From: a virus
Taxonomy: Duplodnaviria; Caudoviricetes
Strand: one strand, 5' to 3'
Virus record (IMG/VR): IMGVR_UViG_3300020379_000624
Span: 1-26,383 of that record
DNA: 26,383 bases
The translations under genes and the position numbers were made by a program. How positions within the stretch are numbered: the first letter of the stretch is position 1; every line of letters begins with the position of its first letter. A model generated the notes under the pieces. The model worked only from the letters and a program-made list of their open reading frames with translations. It had not been told where the DNA came from and did not search any database. Positions 14,435-23,400 of the stretch are shown piece after piece.

Positions 14435-17400
14435 TCAGACCTCCATTAACCACCAACCTTGTACGGAAGTAGGAATACCAACCTGTCCATCACTATCAGT
14501 TGCTCCTAGGTATACCAAACTAAATGCTGCATTAGCAGTTTGTACAACTAGTTCTCCTGAAGGATATGGGGTGATTCTACCACCGAGAAGTGTTCCTGTG
14601 CTGTCTCCTTGAATTGGAACATTAGAAGATTCTTCTGTTCTAACCACGAGAGAAGTGTTATAATTTAGATTACCACTAACGTCAATCAATCTAACAACAT
14701 CTCCAGTTTGTGGGGAGGTTGGAAGTTTCACTACAAGTGTAGAGGTTGCTGTAGTATTTACCATGTAAGTAATGTTGGCTTTCAGGTTGAGTTGTTCTTC
14801 TGTAGATGCAGAAGAAATATATCTCGTGTGTCTACCACCAGAAGAGGTGTAGAAGTTAGTATATCCAAAGGAATCAATGGAGTTATCTTGCTTAATAGCA
14901 AACTTCTTACCACCACTTGGACCAAGATTCTTAACAGAAAGTTGTTCAACAGTTGTAGATGGAGTTGCTTGTGCAACACCTTCGACTGTGAATGTCGTCT
15001 CTGCACCAACGTTACCTAAGTTATCAACGAAGAATGATGGTACAGTAGAGTCAGGATTCTGAATTACGTTCTCAGGATCTGATGCACTGAAGAGATAGAA
15101 GTCACCTCTTGCAACAACACCTGCATCCCAGAAGAATAGACCTTGGTGATCAGCGTGACCGTCATCGTTAACTAATCCAAGTAATCTTGTCTTGTTAACA
15201 GAGTCATAGATCTCGAAACTACCACCAATCATTCTAAGATCACTGGAAACTGTTAGATCTCCAGATCTGTATTCAATTGCACCTGCCTTGATCTGCTCAT
15301 CCATTACAGTGGTATGAACAACTCCTCTCATTCTGCCCTTAACAGCAGCCCAGATCATTGCATCACCCTCACCATCAGCAAGAGCAATCCAACCAAGGTA
15401 ATCTAGTTTTTGCTGTACAATATAACCTCTATCAAGGATAATAGAGCAGTAATCGCTAGTTGCACCAGAGACAACTCTTTGTCTGGTTTCACAATCAATA
15501 ATGTTAGCAAGTTCTGGGTGCTTAAGAACTCTTCTTACAACGTTTCCTACGTCGAAGATGTTATCGCCTGGAACGAATGGTTGATCTGTATCTAAACCAT
15601 CACCTGGGTTAGAAACAACAATCGTTGGATTATTACCAGTGATAACCTGTACAATCTTACAGATTTGGAAATCTCCAATACCTGTAGATGCTGCAGATGT
15701 TGTTCCAATGAATACTAAATCATCAACCGCAAATGCACCAGTTCCAATACCAAGATCTTGTACAGGAACCTGTACTAGGTTAGAAGAACCTGTTGCAGTA
15801 TCTCTAACTGTTGTGGAAGGACCACCAGCGTTGATTGTTTGTGGATCATACCAGAATCCATATGCTCTCTTGATAGTTCCAGCATCAAATAGTGCAGGAA
15901 TACCAGCAGTGGTAGATGATGTATTACCAGCAGCAGCATATTCAATATCGATTCTACCGTAGTGGTTACCAATCTGAGTAGTTCCAGTACAAGTATCAAC
16001 ACTGAATGTTGGTACTTCATTACCATTGGTTAGAGTAAACTTCTCGTTTCTTCTTGCTTCAAAGGTGAATGTACCAGAGGAAGCACCAACAATATTCTGA
16101 TTAACAACAATTTCACCAGCTACTGGATTGATAGCAGTAATATATGTGTCTGGTAGAATATCCAGAGAAGCTTCATTAGTGATGATAGCGATGTAATCAC
16201 CAACTTGAATGTCAGCAAGTGTCTTATCAGGAGATGTTACGGTAACACCAGTTAGAACAAACGATCCAGAGAAACTTGCTGCAGTAAATGCAATCTTGGA
16301 AACTGTACCACAACCACCCTTAATTTTTAAACTATTGTTGATTGTAGTGTTACCAAGAATTGTAGTATCACCAGTTACAGAGTTAACAACAAATACATCA
16401 CCAGCAGCACCTGCAGAACAGTCACTAGAGATAGTAAACTTCTGCTCATCAGCACTTAGTGGAGTAACAACCTTGATTACTTCACCCTGATTAAAGATGC
16501 CATCGTTGTTAGTATCTTCACGATCAACAATTACGTAATCGTTGTTCGTTAGTGCTCCACCAAACTCAGCAAGGTATACATTGTCCTGAGGACCAGTAGA
16601 ATCTAATGCCTGCTCAGTCCACGTAGCATCAAACTGTACGTTAACCTTGTAGATAGGTGTAGTATCAGCATGATTTGCAAGAATTGCAGTGTATGTACCA
16701 AGTGGTTGACGCTTAACCTTGAGGTAGTAAGGAGCAACAGCAGTTCTGGTTAGTTCTAGAACCTGAACGATTTCAGGATGTCCACTAGCAGTGATTGCAC
16801 TGTTAATGATGATGTAATCATTCTCTACAAAATATGGATCACCATTATTTTTGATTGGTTGATTCTTAATTGGTAAGTAGAACTCATCACCCGTTAGTAG
16901 TGGGAATGTCTGAGGTTCAACAAGTGGTGAACCACCAATGTTTGTAACTTCCTGCTGATATGCAGCACCACCCCAAAGACCAGCACCAGCGGTATCAACT
17001 TGGTTGTAACCTTCATCAGTTGTTCCTACAACTAGAACGTTGAGAATATCAATGTTCTTATTGAATAATGTATCACTTAGGATACCATCATCATGTGCGA
17101 AAGGAGAAGATCCAAGTTGTCCTCTGTTTCCTAGGAAGGAGAACGATGCAACACCACCACACATTGTGATGTTACCTTGGAATGTAGCAGAAGCAATAAC
17201 TTCTAACTGGTTGTTGATTGTAGTAACACCACCCTGACCAGCAATATTAATTTCAGATGCATTTAGACCGAAGTTAATAGTAGATGCAGAACCAGAGTTA
17301 GAGAAGAAGTCAACTTGTCCAGCAGTAGTAGATAGTGTTACAGTATCATTAATAGTTCTTCTTGAACCTAACTGGAAGTCACCATCAACCTTGAAGGATT

Positions 17401-20400
17401 TGGTCTTGACTCTAGTAAAGGATAGAGATTCGCTACTATCATATGCACCACCAATATTAATCTTAGAAATTGTTCCAGCACCGTCAGAAGGACGATTGTC
17501 TGGTGTTGCACCAAGATCAATGTTACTATGCTCAGATGAATTACCAATGTTGACGAACTGATCACCAGTTACATTGTCACCAAGGTTAATTGTCTGAGTG
17601 AGAGTTCTAACATTACCAATGTTAATGAACTGTGTATCACCAGCAAGATTTAATGTACCAGTGAATGTGGCATCAGTTACAAGATTAAATGTACCTGATG
17701 TCTGAGAAGTTCTAATCTCCGCAGTTGTACCATCATCACCATTGACTTCGATGTCATGCTCAAAGCGAGCATCATCAGTAAATCTAGATGTGCCGTCAAC
17801 AACGAATGCTCTATCAAGTTGAGAGTTATCAACATTAATACCAACACGACCATTGTTTGTAGTAGCAACTCTTAGAACTGCCTCATCATTAGGAGCAGCA
17901 CTGTCACCACCAACTAAGAATGCATTGTTTTCATCTGTCTTATCACGATCAGCAAAATCAGTGTGCTGTAGGTAATCACCAGTGGTGCGACCACTAATGA
18001 ATGCAGTACCAACAACGTCAAGGTTTGCACGAGGATCAGTAGAAGCATCTACAAACTGTTTCTGATAAGCATCATGTGGAGCACGAGCAACAGTGTTGAT
18101 ACCTAACTTGTAATCACCAATTGTTTCTGTCTCTGTTCTAAGTGCTTCAGCACCAATAACTCCAAGTTCTTTGAAGTTAGCATTAGAGAACTCAATGGAT
18201 GGATCAGGTTGTCCAGTGGTTTTTCCTGCGAGGAAATTTTCCCAAGGAATAGTATCAGTTGCTTTCTGATTGATGATCTGGAAGTGACAGTAGTTATTAG
18301 CTGGGTTGAATGGATCACCTGGCTTGCTGTATACAATCCAAGTAAGGTTCATATCACCTAAACTATAGTTGTCATTGTTATACCAGTTCTTCAGACGAAT
18401 CTGAGAAGCAGAAGTAATACCAATGTCAGCACCAACTTGAAGTGCAGTGCCACTATTGAAATCTCTGAACGAAACTTTAACAACGTTAGTACCGTCAAAG
18501 ACGATGTTATCAATCTGAGTGTTAGGAATTTGTGAGAAGTAGTTAGCAAGAACCCATGCAATAGATCCACTCTTACCTACTTCCTCACCCTTGAATAGGA
18601 TGTCACCAGGAGAAGGAATTACACCACCATAAGTGATGTACTGAGATCCATCAATTCTAGAACCACCATTAGCAATCAATGGAGATTGGTTAGGAGTTGC
18701 ATTAGATGCTACACCAGCTAAGGTGTGTGTCTGCATCATGTAATCCTGACCATTACCTCTAGAGTTGAAAGCAAAGATAGCAGCATCAATTCTGTTCTTA
18801 CCGATGATGATATCACCAGTGTCTACTGGAGTAAATGCTTGTCTGTCTAGACCTTCATCTTGTTCTGCCTGTGTTACTTGATCAATCGATTCTACATAAG
18901 AACGAATAATCAGAGGAGCACGGGATTGTGATAGATCTTCATCCTGAACAGAGATAGTTACAGGAGATTCAAAGTTATTAACTAACTGTCCATCACCACC
19001 AACAACTGTGATATTCTGGTTGAATGTTACAGGTGTATCGAAGGTAGTAACTAGACCGTCTAGTACATCATCCTCGTCTCCATCATCATTCAATCTAGCA
19101 GCATCGATGAATGTTTCTTCACCAGTGATAGCATTAATTCTTCTATTACCGATGTATAGATCACCTTGGGAGTTAATACCCGTGTAGAAGACGATACCAC
19201 CGTCTTGTTTCTTACTTTGGGCGTAGAAGTCCTCATCAGGTGTTAAGACAATCTCCTGACGTGCTGGGAGACCAGTGGAGTAGTTACCTGGACCGAAACC
19301 AAGGTATTCAAACGTGTGGTTACCTGCACGAGCAATAGATGGTCTTCTAAGTTCAACATAGTAACGCTGATCTGTGAAGGAAACATCACCAGTACCACCA
19401 ATAGGAATCAATCTCTGTTCAGATCCAGAAGTTGCATTACCACTCTGTGCTTGAATGGTGTAGATATTTTCTCTGAATGCAGGTTGATCTGTTAGATCAT
19501 CAACCATCTCTCTAGTTACAGATCCCTTAAAGTCGTTAACTGTAACTAAACCATGTACATAGTTGTCAGCAGCAGAGAATGTTGATGGTGGATCAATCAA
19601 TCCAGCATAGTAATCTTTCTCTTTTGGTGAAGTACCAGAGCTCTTAAACCAGAGAGGATCATTCCTGTAGTTAAGAGGATATAGTTTGCTGATTGGTTGA
19701 GAGAACTTAAACTTCTTAAAGTTATTAGTAATACCAGCACCAGTTGGGAATGGTGACATATTACCACGTAGTGCAGTTAGATAGTAGATACCATCTTGCT
19801 GACCTGCAATTCTACGTTGTAGTGTCTCATAACCGAAGACATAGAATGTGTCTTCAATGATACCTGCATCATCAACTCTATCAACATAGTATTCAACACC
19901 AGCATCATCCTGAATACGATCACCAGGGGTGATGGTATAAACGTTAGCGCCGTTTTGCTTGTAGAAAAACTCAGGATTATTTTTTCTGATTTGAGTTTTC
20001 AGAGGTAGGGATTTGCCCATGTCCTGATCCTCAAGCATGTCAGCAAAGACAGTGCCCTGTTGGAATCTTGTGTTGGCATACTCACTGTACTCTAGATCAC
20101 CGTTACGGATGTTCTTGATGATGATGTAATGGTCACCACCAACAGTGTAGTAAGCATGGATGTTAGCAAGACCAGAAGAATTACCACTGAAGTTAACAGC
20201 ATTAGGAGATGAAGATGTATTATCAACCTTACTGGTTACAAAGATACCACCCTGAGGAGCAGTAATCTTAACAGTAGTGAATGTCTCGTTTCTTAGACCA
20301 GGGAAGTTCTTAACATCAACACCATGATCATACAGAGTCAATTCTGTATACTCAATGCTATCATCTAAAGCATCTTTGATCTTACGACCAGATTGAATAG

Positions 20401-23400
20401 TTGCTTGAATACCAGAGGAGAATCTTGCGAATGATCTGTACTCAATACCAGCACCTGTTTGATCCCTTCTGAATGGATCATAAGTTCCAGTTGTATCACC
20501 AATAAATTCAGTAGCATCAACTGGGTTCTGGAATCTAGCACCATAGACAGTACCTACAACTGGTTTCAATAGAACCTTCTGTGGTACTAACTTACGTGTA
20601 TCGTCAGTCCTTGTCTTGATAACAAATCCATTGATAGGATCTCTTGCGTTCTCAAGATACTTAGGAATGACCATACGAATCTTGTATGTTCTTTCATCCT
20701 TATCACGGTTATCTTCTAGACGCTCATACCACATATCAGTGGATCTTGGACGATCCTTAAGATCATTCTGAGCAATTCTGTAGAAGATATTATCTTCTAG
20801 TTCACTAGGAGTTGACTTACCTGTGACTTCATCCTTACACTGGATGTACCACTTACCATTAGTTGCAATAGCGTCAGTGAAACTAGGATCGAATCGCATT
20901 GGCGAACGACGCTTGTTAGCATAGACATTGAACTTAAGACCAGATTGACCAGATGCAAATGTAATTGGATTTACATTGTTGATCGCATCAGCATATGTTA
21001 GGTGAAGTGTAAGTGTCTTATTGTTCTGATAACGTGTGAAGAATTCAACATTAGGATTGATTCTACCGATAGCAGAGTTTTGTGGATCAGTAACAGCAAC
21101 GTTAGGATCATTGACATATGTCTGAGAAATTAGAGGTAGAACACCACCTTCAACAGCTCTGATGAATGCCTTCTGTGGTGTTACACCAGCATTAGGAACG
21201 TCAAAGATGTGAGATACATCTGTCTCAATACCAGCAATGATTGAACCACTGAGTTTACCAGTGTAGTTGTGTAGATCATACTTGTCATCTAGGACAAACT
21301 GATAGAGATCGATCTCAACATCCTTATCAATTGCATCAGTTTCAGATGCGTAGATATAGATACCTGCTGCTGCATTCTCCTTAGAGGTTGCAAGCATCAA
21401 TCTAGTTTGATCACTACCATCGAAGAATGATGTAGCACCGTAGTTTTCTGGTTGTGTGACTCTACCTGGAGCAATTACATAGTATGTTCTGTTAGTTTCA
21501 AATCCATTAGGTAGGCGAACAAGACGCTTATCAACATCAACATACTTACCTGTGACTTGATCAAAACGAGGACGTGGTACTAATCTTACAGGTGTACCAG
21601 TTTCAAAGTCATGTGGGTTAGAAGGACCACTACCAGAAACGTCAATTGTAAATACTGTAGCTCTAGATGCTAGAAGTGCAGTGTTAACTGTCTGTTCTTG
21701 TCTAGTAACTGAACCAAGACCACTATTAATAATCGTGGTGATGTTACCAACTAATGTTTCAATAGCATCAGCAGTAGAAGAACACTCTCTATTAGTAGAA
21801 GAGGTTGTAGTGTCAGCAATAACATCAGGACCCTCATTCTCAGGACCAACAACTACTGTGTTTGGTAGAGTGTCTGCCCAGATACCATTTTCATATACAA
21901 AGTATAGATCAACAGATGTGCTATTTTGTAATGCATTTACAGAAACACCTTCACTTAATCTAGAACCTTTAACACCAAGTTCAATCTGTGTGTTACTGAT
22001 AATGTTCTTGACATATGTACCAGCAGGGATGTTAGAGTAAACTGCAGTTGGGTTGCTTCCTAGTACACCAGGAGCACCATCGTTATCACGATAAGAAGCA
22101 GCAGTGTATTCAGTAACACCCATACCAATGATGATGCCACGAGTATCATTAACATCAACGATAGCAGAACCAATAGATGTAGTACAGTTATATGCAAGAA
22201 CATCGAAGTTTCTCATGGCAGCAGTTGCCATCTGTCCTACGTAATCCCATGCGTCTAGTGTCTCTGTCTTCTCTCCATCAATATATTCTAGGTTGTTACC
22301 AACATAGTATGCTTCACCTGCCTGTACCGAGTTAGAGTTTCCACCCAATCTCAAGTCATTAACAACAGCATCAACGATGTAAGTAACGTCACGGAAACAC
22401 TTAGATGCTTCATTGTTGATTGTAAAGTCACCTGTGTTTAGTGTAGGTAGACCAGCAAGTGTGCCGCCAACGATTGCATCCTGTAGGATATCAAATAGTG
22501 TCTCAATAGATCCACGAACGTTTGCACAATCCCACTCACCATTGTTTAGAGGTGGTAGGTTGTCAAGGTTACCTTCATTGAGGGAGTTACATGCAATATC
22601 AACCAATGCGTTAACAGTTGCAAGAACATCAGAACAGTTACCATCTGCATATGTAGATGGTTGATACTTACCAGATGCTCTAGGATATGCATGTGTACTT
22701 ACATTTGCATCCTTAGTACACTTAAAGATTAAGGACTCTTCCTTAAGTTTGATGCTAGTGTTTGTACTCAAACTATGAGCACCAATTGTTAGAGCAATAG
22801 AACCAGTTGCAGGATCATATACTGCATTAGATACGTTATGCTCAACTAGAGGAGATGCACCAATGTTAAAGGTGATGCTGTAAGTAGTTACAGAATCAAC
22901 AGCAATGTTAGAACCAGCAAAAGGATCAATACCAGGACGTGGATATGACTTAGTAGTTGCATTGCCATCCATATCACATGAGAATGTGAATGCATTATCA
23001 GTCAAGGAAATTTGATCACTAGAAGTTACACCGTGTGCTGTACCGAAGTACAGAGTCATGGCACCACTTGTAGCATTGTAAGTAGCATTTGTTGGTGTTA
23101 ATGTACCACCATTAAGTACGCTGACAGAGTTAGCAGCAGCACTTACAAATGTGTGAGCATATCCACCACCAGATACAACAGCACCAGCTGCAGCAGCAAT
23201 GAATGTGTGTGGATATTGATCACCAGATGCAGATGCACCAACATTAACTGTAATAGAAGTAGCAGTAGTGCTAATGATGTTAAGTGCAGCGTTCCATGCA
23301 GGATCAGGACCGTCTAGTGTTGTTCTAACAATACCATCAAGGTTACCAACTCCACCGTCATTACCAATTGCTTGGATAACAATACCAAACAGAGTATCAA